Assembly (NCBI GenBank): GCA_038258905.1
Contig: JBBSPJ010000001.1
Span: forward strand, 1 to 44,246
Reading direction: 5' to 3'
Source: Cytophagales bacterium
GTDB taxonomy: Bacteria; Bacteroidota; Bacteroidia; Cytophagales; Cyclobacteriaceae
DNA length: 44,246 bases
Each line of letters opens with the position of its first letter. Positions within the stretch are counted from its first letter, which is position 1. Shown here piece after piece: positions 18,317-28,208 of this stretch. Made by a program: the position numbers and the translations under genes. The notes under the pieces were generated by a model. It was not told the origin of the DNA. It searched no databases and was given only the letters and a program-made list of their open reading frames with translations.

Positions 18317-21300
18317 TTTTCAAGGTTGTTTTTCGCATAATTATAAACCATTTCACTTATTGTCCTATCTACCGGATAGAAGAATTCCTTATAGGTACGG
18401 ACAAGTTTACCTGAATTATCGTACTCAAAGCGGGTATAAAGATTATCCTTATCTAAAATATGGGTAATTTCATTGCTAAACTGATCATAGACATAGCTAA
18501 CTATTGGAGAATGAATAGGGTGAATTCTAAAATCATCCATGTATACAGCCCTAATTGCATCATTAAATGTTCCAATACGAAGTTCCTGTGTACCCTCAGG
18601 GATAGAAATATCAATGTTTAATAAATACCAACTTTTCGACTTTTGTCTTTGTAATACAGGACTATTGGCTGCTATAATTTGACCATCAGCTTCTGCATAA
18701 AGACTCACTCTTTCCATTTCTGACGCACTTTCAGCATCACCCGGTAAGTAGACCCAAACACTTGCCCTGAAATCTTGTGAAAAATCCGCTTCATTGGAAT
18801 TCATGGTATATGAAAAGCCTTCATTTCCAATTGGAATAAGCAAGCTATAAGTACCCGTATGAGATCTTGCAGTAGAAACATTTCCTTGATTTCTATTGAT
18901 TCCGTTTTCCTCAAAATCATTCCCGTCAAAATATTCAGCACCACTGCTCGTAACTTCATAATAATTAGCATTAACGGCACTTAAAGTAGTTTGACATTGA
19001 CCCGGATCTTTTTTGGCTACTGCAAACCGGCCGTTCATATCCTTTTGTTCTAAAATATGAGAATAAACATCAATAAGTGTTATCTCGCTTTGTTTTTCCC
19101 ACAATCCATTGTTTTCTGAAACTGCGTAATCAAAAGGGTTAGCTACAAAATCATTTATAGGATATGTTCCATCAGCTTGCAGTTGAGCTTGTCCGTTCCA
19201 TGAATAAGTGGATTTTTTACGGTAAATACCCTCCTGTACCCCTTCATTTAAAATAGGAATTTGATTAGACCAAACAGTTCGTTGGGCCGAAAGTAATCCT
19301 AATTTATCAATGTTTTCACTAAGAATAGGCAAGGTATCATTATCTATTCTGACTCTAAAAACGTCCATAGCAGCTAACTGGGTCAACATATTTTTACCTC
19401 CATACATAGACAGTCCTAAACTATCTTCGTATTCTCTAAGCTGGTACGCAGGTAGGCTCTCGTTCAAGAAATAACTACCATAACTATCTTTACTGATTGT
19501 CTTAAGAACCTGCCCACTAAACCAGTCGAAAGCCATATTCCAATTTTCTGAAACAAGGTTTCTTTTATGGTCGGTAGTACGCTGACCCAACATAATATTA
19601 GGGTATTCTACCTTTTGGCTAAAAGAAAGTAAATCCTGCATATTACCTTTTTCATTTTTAAAGGTTCTAAATTCATGAAATGCCTGACTTATTTTTCCCT
19701 GATTATTAAAATGTCTATCAAGAGCCTCATCAAATTCATCTCCTCTATTAAAAAAATCATGTAGGTAGATGTATTCATTCTCAGTTAACAATTGATTTTG
19801 AGCTCCATAAAATCGAACAGCCTTCAAATTTCCAACCTGCACAGAATAATTCTTAAAAGTGATAGGGTACTGGATCCGAGTATCGTTAGGAACTGTAATT
19901 TCTACAGAACTCATTTCGCTACATTCGCGCAAAGCCTCAAAGCAAGAAACACCATTACAGTATTCATAATCTCCCTGCTGTCCATCACATGTGCTTCTAA
20001 TCGATTCGCATTCTGGCAATGTACAGGTATAACTTCGGTCATCAGTTCTGAATTCTCCATTTAGTCTTTGCACCATAGATGAATCAAAAACTTGAAAATC
20101 ATATTCAATCCTACCTGGGATAGCTACACCATTAACCTCTTCAGTAACTGAAACATTTTGATAAGTGACTCCGGGAGAGGGTAACTCATTTGCCATCCCA
20201 TAAATTGAGCTATATGAATTAGAAATAAATTCAATCAAATCCCTTTTAGATCTGATAGGTGTCGCTACATCTAAATACTGAGGGTTAATTTTATAGTCAA
20301 TATTCTGTGATTCAAAGCTTGTTACACCATTTTTATAACTGTATTTTGTAGCATTTTTGGTTCCAGTAAATGCATTATTCAAACTGATTTCCCTAACTCT
20401 AATACGACCACCACCGATCTCTTTTCCATTATTCAGATAAAGCAATCCTCCTACAATGTAGTCAGGCCAATTATTTGGCACATTAAATTTCACCTTTTCT
20501 AAACCTATTACACCGCAATAATTATCATCTTTATATTCTGGCCAATCGTACCAATATGTACTTTCTGACAAAGGATCGACAGTATTATTTATTTTAAAAA
20601 AAACTTTATTGTTAGAATCATCAATTTGATGTAATTCTAGATTTTCTAAAGAAATGTTTTTAGGCCCAAAGACTCTATTAATTCCGCATTCCAGAATATA
20701 ATCTTTAATATCACTTACACCTTTAGATGGAATTGATTCGATAACTCTGTCAGTAAACAAACGAAAAGATGCATGAATATCGAGATCATGATATTCACCA
20801 ACTTTAATATAATCGCTAAGTTTTTGTCCAGTAGAAAATAATTCTACCTCTAAGTAATTATTTGAATTAATTTTTGCGTCTTTAACTGAGAAGAACGGTT
20901 TTTTATTTAAAATGCTAACCATTGAATCGGTTTCATATTCGATATTTATTTGACTACTTAAAGCCGTTTTTATTGTTCTCAGCGAAAAAACATCTTTATT
21001 TTTAGCAGATATAAGCGTCACATATTTTGATTCATCAACATTGTTTGAAGAATTTCTGTGATAATCAGACTTAAACATATTCCAGTTGTCGTATGCATCT
21101 TTATCGAAAGGGGGGTTTTTTGTTTTATAAACTGTCTTGAAAGCTCCATTTAAAGGAAAAATCAAAGATAACCCTGCCTGTGAATTCAAATAATGCAATT
21201 TAAAAATGTTTCCATTTTTTTCCATAATAGTTGCATAAACCTGCCTAATATTACCTTGTAATGTCTTTTCAAACTTAATAATATCTCCTAATGCAAGCTT

Positions 21301-23673
21301 ACCATCCACCTCTTCAAGCGTACTATCATTATAAATTTTAACTTGAATGCCTTCTGTAGGTAATTCATACTCGAAGGCGACTCGAGGAATAATAGATTCT
21401 TCATTTTTACCTAAAAACTGAATTTCGTTTAGAGTAAGTTTTCCCGGATTAATATTTGTAGGACTGTTCCCTTGAAAGCTATTGGGAGTTTCTGGCTGTA
21501 AACTGTAGTCATAAGAAAATTTTATTGATCTAATAGATTTATCGTTTAAATCCCTTTCGTTTAAATCTTGTACCCTGTATAAGCTTATTTTATCTAATCT
21601 CAACAAAGGTCGTCCTATCTGTCCCCCCGAGTTAGGGTTCATGCAGTTTTGTAAGCAATTTTTATAACCGTCGAAGTCAGTTCCAAATGTATTATCACAT
21701 TCAGTATTACATTCAGAATAATTGGGGTATTCATAGTAAGGAGAAGAGAACCCCCCTCCCCATAAATTGGTTACCTCGCGCCCATCTATCCTTTCCGACC
21801 TAGAAAATAATGCAACATGAGTTCGAGTAAAAACAGAATCTAAGTAATAGATTTGCTTCCTTCCATGAGAATAAATATCAGTTTGGTTATCAACATCTTT
21901 ATGAAATCCTTGGGCTGGATTCCTCCATTGAAAATCATTTACGTATTTTTCATAGCTAAAACCTACCCAATATCCCCAGTCCTCCTGATCAAGTCCAGGC
22001 ACTCCTCGATCCACATAGTCCGGACCGGTTATGGCTGTTAGTAACCATTGGTATGCGTATGGCTGTGGCTCTCTTCTTTCATGATATTGACCAGTTGGAT
22101 TATCAATTTTCTGAGCACGAAAATATTCACCATAGGTATATACTGGCAATGAAAAATGATAGGTCATCCCATCACTTTTTGTTATTTTGTATGCCCCTAT
22201 TTGGTTCCCAATGTTCATTCCTTCAAATTCCACTGGTTGATTGATATAATCTTTATAGGAAACTAAACCTTTAGAGTTAGCTAAACCGTTCCTGATTTCA
22301 AGATTGGTAAAATATGCTACATCCTTACTACCTGCTAATTGTTTTTCTTTGTAACCTTTAGTTTGACCACTAATTATATTATCTGATTCAAATCTTTGAT
22401 CTGAACTATTATAAATCATTTCTTCCGAATGCACTGCTGAATTAGAAAAATCATTAACAAATCGGTAGCCAACCTTTCCAAAGTACTTTTTACGTTTTTC
22501 AAAAGACAAATCACCTTCTTGTTCTTGTCTAAACAAGCTAATATTGTCAAAAATATATGGCCTGATAGTGCCACTAATACCCTGGGCATTTACAGCATAG
22601 TAATCATAAGCTGGAAAATTACCCCCACGTTGTTGGTCTGCACTTTTACTTTCAGCAAAATCGACATCAGGATCAAGTAATGAGTAAGAATCAAAACTAG
22701 TATTACCGTTTCCCGAATTTTGGTATGCCTCATCAGCGTTTACTGAACCATAAACGAATAAGTAATCTTCCTGATCAAGCCAATACCGAAGGTAACTGTA
22801 GCCGAGGGTAAAAACTCCAACGGGTGTGGGAATTGGTACAGAAACGCTCCATCCACTATTACTCCAATCATTACCATTATTATTTGCCTGACTTACAGAA
22901 ATCCCGAGAGCAGATAAGGAAGGTTTAGTACCACTAGTTGACAATGAAACTGCAAGTAGTGAACTTGATCTCCCTGAGCTTTCAACTGAAGACACACCAG
23001 CATTAAAACTAACTGATTCAAAATTTGTATTAATTCCAATGGATCCAGCAATATTCTGACTTTTCACTGTTGTAGACCCAGAAGTAACACCACCACCTAA
23101 GCTATAGTATGACTCCCCAAATGGCGAAATCCCCACAGTAACTCCTAAATATCCGCTTATTTTGCTATCTTCAGCGAATTTTATAGGGACAGATAAACCC
23201 ATATAACTACCAACACCCCAACCCAAATATGTATCGTGTGATACTTGTAGACCTACACTAGCTCCTGGTAAGCCATAGCCAAGTGTTCCAGTATGCCTTT
23301 CCCCACCTTCATTATAGTCTTTAACAACCCTTGTCGCACCAACTTGGTCATCTGCGTAACCGTTTACAGTCCTTGTTATTGCTCCTGCATTAACCGTCCA
23401 TCCCAAACCTACCCACGAAGCCTCTTCTAACGGCTGTATTCCAGCATGATATGAAATTGATAAAGGATAACCCCCTTCTGGCCCCGGAACTTCGAGCAAT
23501 GGAAGACTATATGTAAAATCTCCAGAAGAAAGGTTTACCATATCATTTACATCAATGGGCTCGAAGCTCGTATATTCTGGTGCAGTAGGCCCTGAAGTTT
23601 GTGATAATACTACATTTGAGCTTAAGCAAAAAATAAATATAATAATCTTCGTAAATAAGTATTTGTTTCTCAT
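18313..23673 (-). CDS. Large exported YD-repeat protein, TcB/SpvB-N-like
   Basis: Signal peptide; VNLSSGDFTYSLPL...YPLSISYHAG...WVGLGWTV..GAITR N-terminus; CBM-like domain and YVYD...FEYDNSGKL near the C-terminus; 4-bp overlap with the Rhs gene. Confidence 0.8.
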   Translation of the reverse strand: MRNKYLFTKIIIFIFCLSSNVVLSQTSGPTAPEYTSFEPIDVNDMVNLSSGDFTYSLPLLEVPGPEGGYPLSISYHAGIQPLEEASWVGLGWTVNAGAITRTVNGYADDQVGATRVVKDYNEGGERHTGTLGYGLPGASVGLQVSHDTYLGWGVGSYMGLSVPIKFAEDSKISGYLGVTVGISPFGESYYSLGGGVTSGSTTVKSQNIAGSIGINTNFESVSFNAGVSSVESSGRSSSLLAVSLSTSGTKPSLSALGISVSQANNNGNDWSNSGWSVSVPIPTPVGVFTLGYSYLRYWLDQEDYLFVYGSVNADEAYQNSGNGNTSFDSYSLLDPDVDFAESKSADQQRGGNFPAYDYYAVNAQGISGTIRPYIFDNISLFRQEQEGDLSFEKRKKYFGKVGYRFVNDFSNSAVHSEEMIYNSSDQRFESDNIISGQTKGYKEKQLAGSKDVAYFTNLEIRNGLANSKGLVSYKDYINQPVEFEGMNIGNQIGAYKITKSDGMTYHFSLPVYTYGEYFRAQKIDNPTGQYHERREPQPYAYQWLLTAITGPDYVDRGVPGLDQEDWGYWVGFSYEKYVNDFQWRNPAQGFHKDVDNQTDIYSHGRKQIYYLDSVFTRTHVALFSRSERIDGREVTNLWGGGFSSPYYEYPNYSECNTECDNTFGTDFDGYKNCLQNCMNPNSGGQIGRPLLRLDKISLYRVQDLNERDLNDKSIRSIKFSYDYSLQPETPNSFQGNSPTNINPGKLTLNEIQFLGKNEESIIPRVAFEYELPTEGIQVKIYNDSTLEEVDGKLALGDIIKFEKTLQGNIRQVYATIMEKNGNIFKLHYLNSQAGLSLIFPLNGAFKTVYKTKNPPFDKDAYDNWNMFKSDYHRNSSNNVDESKYVTLISAKNKDVFSLRTIKTALSSQINIEYETDSMVSILNKKPFFSVKDAKINSNNYLEVELFSTGQKLSDYIKVGEYHDLDIHASFRLFTDRVIESIPSKGVSDIKDYILECGINRVFGPKNISLENLELHQIDDSNNKVFFKINNTVDPLSESTYWYDWPEYKDDNYCGVIGLEKVKFNVPNNWPDYIVGGLLYLNNGKEIGGGRIRVREISLNNAFTGTKNATKYSYKNGVTSFESQNIDYKINPQYLDVATPIRSKRDLIEFISNSYSSIYGMANELPSPGVTYQNVSVTEEVNGVAIPGRIEYDFQVFDSSMVQRLNGEFRTDDRSYTCTLPECESIRSTCDGQQGDYEYCNGVSCFEALRECSEMSSVEITVPNDTRIQYPITFKNYSVQVGNLKAVRFYGAQNQLLTENEYIYLHDFFNRGDEFDEALDRHFNNQGKISQAFHEFRTFKNEKGNMQDLLSFSQKVEYPNIMLGQRTTDHKRNLVSENWNMAFDWFSGQVLKTISKDSYGSYFLNESLPAYQLREYEDSLGLSMYGGKNMLTQLAAMDVFRVRIDNDTLPILSENIDKLGLLSAQRTVWSNQIPILNEGVQEGIYRKKSTYSWNGQAQLQADGTYPINDFVANPFDYAVSENNGLWEKQSEITLIDVYSHILEQKDMNGRFAVAKKDPGQCQTTLSAVNANYYEVTSSGAEYFDGNDFEENGINRNQGNVSTARSHTGTYSLLIPIGNEGFSYTMNSNEADFSQDFRASVWVYLPGDAESASEMERVSLYAEADGQIIAANSPVLQRQKSKSWYLLNIDISIPEGTQELRIGTFNDAIRAVYMDDFRIHPIHSPIVSYVYDQFSNEITHILDKDNLYTRFEYDNSGKLVRTYKEFFYPVDRTISEMVYNYAKNNLEK

Positions 23674-23711
23674 GGTCTTGGCATTAATTCAGAAGTATAA
23701 TATAAGTTCTT

Positions 23712-24344
23712 TTAAATATCTTTTAATAAAAACTCTCTCTTAAAAATCATATTTTTAAATTCAAATACGTACTCCTCCATACCTTCCAGTAGGGGTTGTA
23801 CCTTAATTATAACAGCTCCGCTATATTTGTCTAATTTTTCGAATACCATCAACACTTCATCACTTTTTGCCAAGCCATAGAAATTTTCATATCTGTAATC
23901 CGATAATTCTATAGATCTATTTTCTATGGTAAGGTCAACAAATGAATTTAACCTGAATGATAAATTCTGCAATAAGCTGGAGTATTGACCCCTTCCTAAT
24001 TTATTTTTATTTAACAATGCTTCACCTGCATGAGAAATAGATAATTGAAAATAGCTATACTTACCATAAAAATTTTGCAACGAGTCTCTTTGCTTGATAA
24101 AAGAGGCTTTGTCTAAATTATGGTCAATATATTTATCTACCCAGTAGGAAGTTGGCAGATAAGTGACAGTCATTTTAATTCCATCTTCTTCCTCAATCTT
24201 TGTATATCCACTTGCTTCACTATGGATATATTCTACCAAAGCTTCACCGTTCTCAAATTCAAGATTCTCAGAAGTGCAAGAATATAGTAGCAGCAAAAAT
24301 CCTGGTACTACTGATAAAAAGGCTGTCAAATTATGGCATTTCAT
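23712..24344 (-). CDS. Lipoprotein of unknown function
   Basis: Lipobox LLYSC followed by acidic residues; operonic between skp and the YD gene. Confidence 0.7.
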   Translation of the reverse strand: MKCHNLTAFLSVVPGFLLLLYSCTSENLEFENGEALVEYIHSEASGYTKIEEEDGIKMTVTYLPTSYWVDKYIDHNLDKASFIKQRDSLQNFYGKYSYFQLSISHAGEALLNKNKLGRGQYSSLLQNLSFRLNSFVDLTIENRSIELSDYRYENFYGLAKSDEVLMVFEKLDKYSGAVIIKVQPLLEGMEEYVFEFKNMIFKREFLLKDI

Positions 24345-24354
24345 ACTACTATCA

Positions 24355-24879
24355 TTACTGTTGAAGCCTCTTCAAGATGTCCTCTGTAACATCAAGCTCT
24401 TCTTTGGCAAATGCTAAATTTCCCACTTGCGTTGCACCCAAGATCACATCAAATCCCTCATCATTCGCAAATTCTGTAATGACCTTATTTATTTTTTGAG
24501 AAACCTCTGCATTCAATTTACTTTCCTCTTCCTGAGCTTTTTGATTTATAGCTTGCTGATATTGTTGCAGTTCAGTGATTTTTCTGGTGATTAATTCTTC
24601 AGTTAACTGACGTTCCCTTTGACTAATTTTTTCTTTATCATCCATCAATTTTTTTCGTTCCTTATCAAGTTCGCTGCTTAATGTATCTAAGTTAGCACGC
24701 CACTCGATTTTTCTTTTCTCCATTGTCTCCTTTACCTTTTGCATGCCTTCGTATTTATTTAAAAGCACAGCAGTATCTACATAAGCCACTTTTAGATTTT
24801 TAGAGTTGGACTCATAAATAGCATAGCTGCTTACTAATATGGCTACTATGCTTAGTATCAATGTTAATTTTTTGTTCAT
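24355..24879 (-). CDS. ompH: OmpH/Skp family periplasmic chaperone
   Basis: KVAYVDTAVLL, long coiled coil, I..FA...GFDVILG...LAFA...LDVTEDILKRL. Confidence 0.9.
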   Translation of the reverse strand: MNKKLTLILSIVAILVSSYAIYESNSKNLKVAYVDTAVLLNKYEGMQKVKETMEKRKIEWRANLDTLSSELDKERKKLMDDKEKISQRERQLTEELITRKITELQQYQQAINQKAQEEESKLNAEVSQKINKVITEFANDEGFDVILGATQVGNLAFAKEELDVTEDILKRLQQ

Positions 24880-24884
24880 AAGAA

Positions 24885-25382
24885 TTATTTTACTCGAAAC
24901 GTAATAGTTTCTTCAACACCGTTAAATTCCGTACCCAAGATTAACTCATCTTCAGTCAAACTCACTAAATTCCAAATTTCAGGCTCCAAACCGGACTCTT
25001 CATCTGGGTTTCCAGTAGCATGTTTTATCAACCATGAAAATTTTGTTTCATTTTCTAAAAACTCCCATTCACCAATATAATTGATCAAATCACTACACCC
25101 GCCATTATCATCCGGTGCAGAATAGCTGGTTATTGTGCCATTGTCATGTTCAATAGTTCCATCGGCTGAAAAAGTAAAAGTATTGTCGGCTCGCATTTCG
25201 CCACCTATTCTACATTCTTCAAATTCATCTGATTCATCATAACTAGATTCGGCTTCATACCAATCTTTAGAGCTGCCACCGGTTAACAAATCACTTTTGC
25301 TTAATTCGGCATTGTTTTCATCATCAGGATTACAAGCCATCATTATGCTCATTATTATTACAAGTAAATTCATCTTTTTCAT
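24885..25382 (-). CDS. Lipocalin-like lipoprotein
   Basis: Lipobox MMAC-NPDDE; LLTGGSSKDW...C...DNTFTFSADGT...GEWEF...LTEDELIL. Confidence 0.75.
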   Translation of the reverse strand: MKKMNLLVIIMSIMMACNPDDENNAELSKSDLLTGGSSKDWYEAESSYDESDEFEECRIGGEMRADNTFTFSADGTIEHDNGTITSYSAPDDNGGCSDLINYIGEWEFLENETKFSWLIKHATGNPDEESGLEPEIWNLVSLTEDELILGTEFNGVEETITFRVK

Positions 25383-25483
25383 AAGTTTAATTTTAATTAT
25401 TCAATATTTATTCTTTCTATTAATGGGTTTTCTTTGAATCTTTTTTATTCACATCATCCGCAGTTTGAATAGCATCACCCTCT

Positions 25484-26986
25484 TTATTCTACTGTTTTAA
25501 TTCTTCCACCATTCACCACTTTAACATTTCCAGGTAAACCCTCCGTTATTTTTGTTAGTCTCAATTCTCCGTGAATAGTTAAATCCACACCACTGACCGT
25601 GAGACTAGCCCCTTGATTTTCAACCACAACTTCTATTAAATCACATTCTTCTATCGTGTTTACCGTCACATCTTTTCCTATAATAAAAACTTTGCTTCCG
25701 AGAGAAGGAATTTCGGAGGTTACTTCACCATCTTTTTCCCTTGCCCAAATCGCATCATTCCAGTTGCCATTTCTCACAGCATAAAATTCACCAGCTCGTA
25801 AAGATTTCTTTTTACTATAGATTGTTAAGTCCGGAATTAATTGATTTGTAATTTCACAATAATAATTAGCTGATTCATCAAAAGAACTACCCAGTATCAG
25901 CTTATCATTGTTTTCCGAAGGAATAATCTCTTCGTTTTTATACCATTGATATTGATTTTGGGTACCTTCTACTTCTACAGTAAATACATCCCCCCCCCTT
26001 TCAAAAAAAGTATTTACTGAATCTTGGGAATCGTAAACAATAAAATATGGTTTTGAACTTCCGTCATTGTGAAAAAACGGTTCTAAGTCTCCAAAATCCA
26101 ATTGCATTTGATCAACATATATACCAACATCAGATAGATAAGGATGGAGGTATAAATCACCTACGGAACTCAGATTCGTCAATGCAAAGGAAACAAAATA
26201 CAAGTTCTCAGACTGAGCTAAATTTGGTAGACTTCCTGTAAATGGTGTTCCTACCATACGTAGATTAACTAGCTTTGTCAAATTACCAATTGAGGAAGGC
26301 ATGGAACCAGTAAATAAATTATAGCCTAAGAAAAGATCTGTAAGGTTTGTACAGTAACCAATTGCCTCTGGAAATTGTCCTTCAAATAAATTATCTTCTA
26401 TTTGCAAAACTTCCAACCCCTTCATTTTGGATATATCTGAGGATATTTCTCCACTAAAGGAATTGAAACCTAAGTACATTTCCTTCAAACTATATAAATT
26501 ATAGAATTCGATGGGTATGTTTCCATCAAAATTATTCCCATATATATCAAGGAATTCAAGATTCTGGAGGTTTCCAATAGTGTTAGGTAATTGCCCATTA
26601 AAACTATTGTATCGAAGGCCTAAATATTGTAATCCATGTAAATTTCCTAAGCTCCTAGAAAGATTACCTTCCAGAAAATTATATTCTAACCATAATTCTT
26701 CCAGTGACAACAATTCATATAAACTTTCAGGAATCGATCCTTCCAAATCATTGTATGATAAATCTAGTAAAACTATATCTCCATTTGCTATAGTAACCCC
26801 AAACCATTCATCTAAAGGTTCCTCAGACATCCAGTTTGTATTATCAAACCAAAAATCCCCATTGGTATTATTATACAAATCTTCCAAAGCTTGTCTTTCT
26901 ACTGCATCAGGCACATTTCCTTCTTGTGCAATGGACTGACGGTAAATAAAAAAGGAAATTATCAGAATTATAAATTTCAATTTCAT
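25484..26986 (-). CDS. Exported leucine-rich repeat protein (plant RLK-type LRR) with Ig-like and G8-like C-terminal domains
   Basis: ERQALEDLY...W.GVT cap; about eight 24-aa LxxLxLxxNxxxGxIP repeats; YQWYKN...YYCEITN; GNWNDAIW. Confidence 0.88.
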   Translation of the reverse strand: MKLKFIILIISFFIYRQSIAQEGNVPDAVERQALEDLYNNTNGDFWFDNTNWMSEEPLDEWFGVTIANGDIVLLDLSYNDLEGSIPESLYELLSLEELWLEYNFLEGNLSRSLGNLHGLQYLGLRYNSFNGQLPNTIGNLQNLEFLDIYGNNFDGNIPIEFYNLYSLKEMYLGFNSFSGEISSDISKMKGLEVLQIEDNLFEGQFPEAIGYCTNLTDLFLGYNLFTGSMPSSIGNLTKLVNLRMVGTPFTGSLPNLAQSENLYFVSFALTNLSSVGDLYLHPYLSDVGIYVDQMQLDFGDLEPFFHNDGSSKPYFIVYDSQDSVNTFFERGGDVFTVEVEGTQNQYQWYKNEEIIPSENNDKLILGSSFDESANYYCEITNQLIPDLTIYSKKKSLRAGEFYAVRNGNWNDAIWAREKDGEVTSEIPSLGSKVFIIGKDVTVNTIEECDLIEVVVENQGASLTVSGVDLTIHGELRLTKITEGLPGNVKVVNGGRIKTVE

Positions 26987-26988
26987 AG

Positions 26989-28152
26989 CTATCGTATTTC
27001 TTCAATTATTATATCAGTAACTTTCATCGGACTAATGATTACACTTTGCTTTGATCCTGCCTTTTCCAGTCTACCTCGTCTATCTTTTCCTATCGCCACA
27101 AATTCGTAGGTATTGGGAGGCAAATCAATAAGAAAATTAAAAGATCTGTCCAATTCAAATTCCAATAGTGCCTTAGCGAAATTATTGTTTAATTCAGAAT
27201 CTTTATAGTCCACTTGTTGATAGACGAACATTCTTAATTCTACATATTTTCTAGCAGCTGCAAAACTTCCATTTCCATAACCTGACAGGCATCCTTGATA
27301 AAAATTAGAGTTTTCAGTCACTACTTGCCATCCGTAGTTTGTGTATCCATCTATATTATGGAATTCTTTAGGAATCATTGCGAGTGAATAAAGAGTATTT
27401 CCTGATCTATTGGATAATGCTATATTCGCTTCATCAGTTTTTGAAGATTGAATACCTTGCAACCTTCCCAAGCCTTTGTCTTCATTCCTTCTTATCTGCA
27501 GATTTTCCCCGCTACTCAACAATATTTGAATCTTTAGAGTATCTTCTCCTAAAGTCATTTCCTGCGTAACTTCTGGAAGATAAATGTCGCTAAACTGATT
27601 ACTCGGAGGTATAAAGAAATTTAGATAATCATTCTGGACAATTTGATGATCTCTGTTCTCTATATATATCCATGTATTTGTCCCATCAAAATATGGCCAT
27701 GTACCTTGAATACCACTGAGTGGTTTTATATACTTCTCATAGTCTGAATTATATCCTGTATATGGGAAATACACAAATTCATTTCCTTGACGAGTATAAT
27801 AATCTTCAATCCTACCATTTTTATAGGATGTAAAGTCACCTTTTACTTTGATAATTCGATTAGAAACTACCTCAACCACTGGTATTCCAATCTCATAAAT
27901 AGTTGCCATGGGTATCAAATATCTGGCATTTACAAATTTTAATTTTACACCGTCTTGATAAGCTTCAAAGAAGTCCTGATTATTAATATCACTTAATACA
28001 CAAATATTACTTATAATATGTTGAGGGGAGAAATCAACTTCAGGGGCTTTTCGAATTTCTTCCAATTCTTCATTTTCACAAGACATCACCCCAACAGTAA
28101 GTAATATCAGTAAAAGTCCAAGGATTATGCTTATAAACTTATTAGTAACCAT
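26989..28152 (-). CDS. Lipoprotein sharing an 88-aa C-terminal domain with 28209-29267
   Basis: Lipobox VMSC-ENEE; C-terminal EFELDRSF.FL..LP...AIGKDRR. Confidence 0.75.
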   Translation of the reverse strand: MVTNKFISIILGLLLILLTVGVMSCENEELEEIRKAPEVDFSPQHIISNICVLSDINNQDFFEAYQDGVKLKFVNARYLIPMATIYEIGIPVVEVVSNRIIKVKGDFTSYKNGRIEDYYTRQGNEFVYFPYTGYNSDYEKYIKPLSGIQGTWPYFDGTNTWIYIENRDHQIVQNDYLNFFIPPSNQFSDIYLPEVTQEMTLGEDTLKIQILLSSGENLQIRRNEDKGLGRLQGIQSSKTDEANIALSNRSGNTLYSLAMIPKEFHNIDGYTNYGWQVVTENSNFYQGCLSGYGNGSFAAARKYVELRMFVYQQVDYKDSELNNNFAKALLEFELDRSFNFLIDLPPNTYEFVAIGKDRRGRLEKAGSKQSVIISPMKVTDIIIEEIR

Positions 28153-28208
28153 AGTATTAAATTAATCTGAAACTTCAGTATTAAATTTGTTCAGTATATT
28201 TTTTAGAA

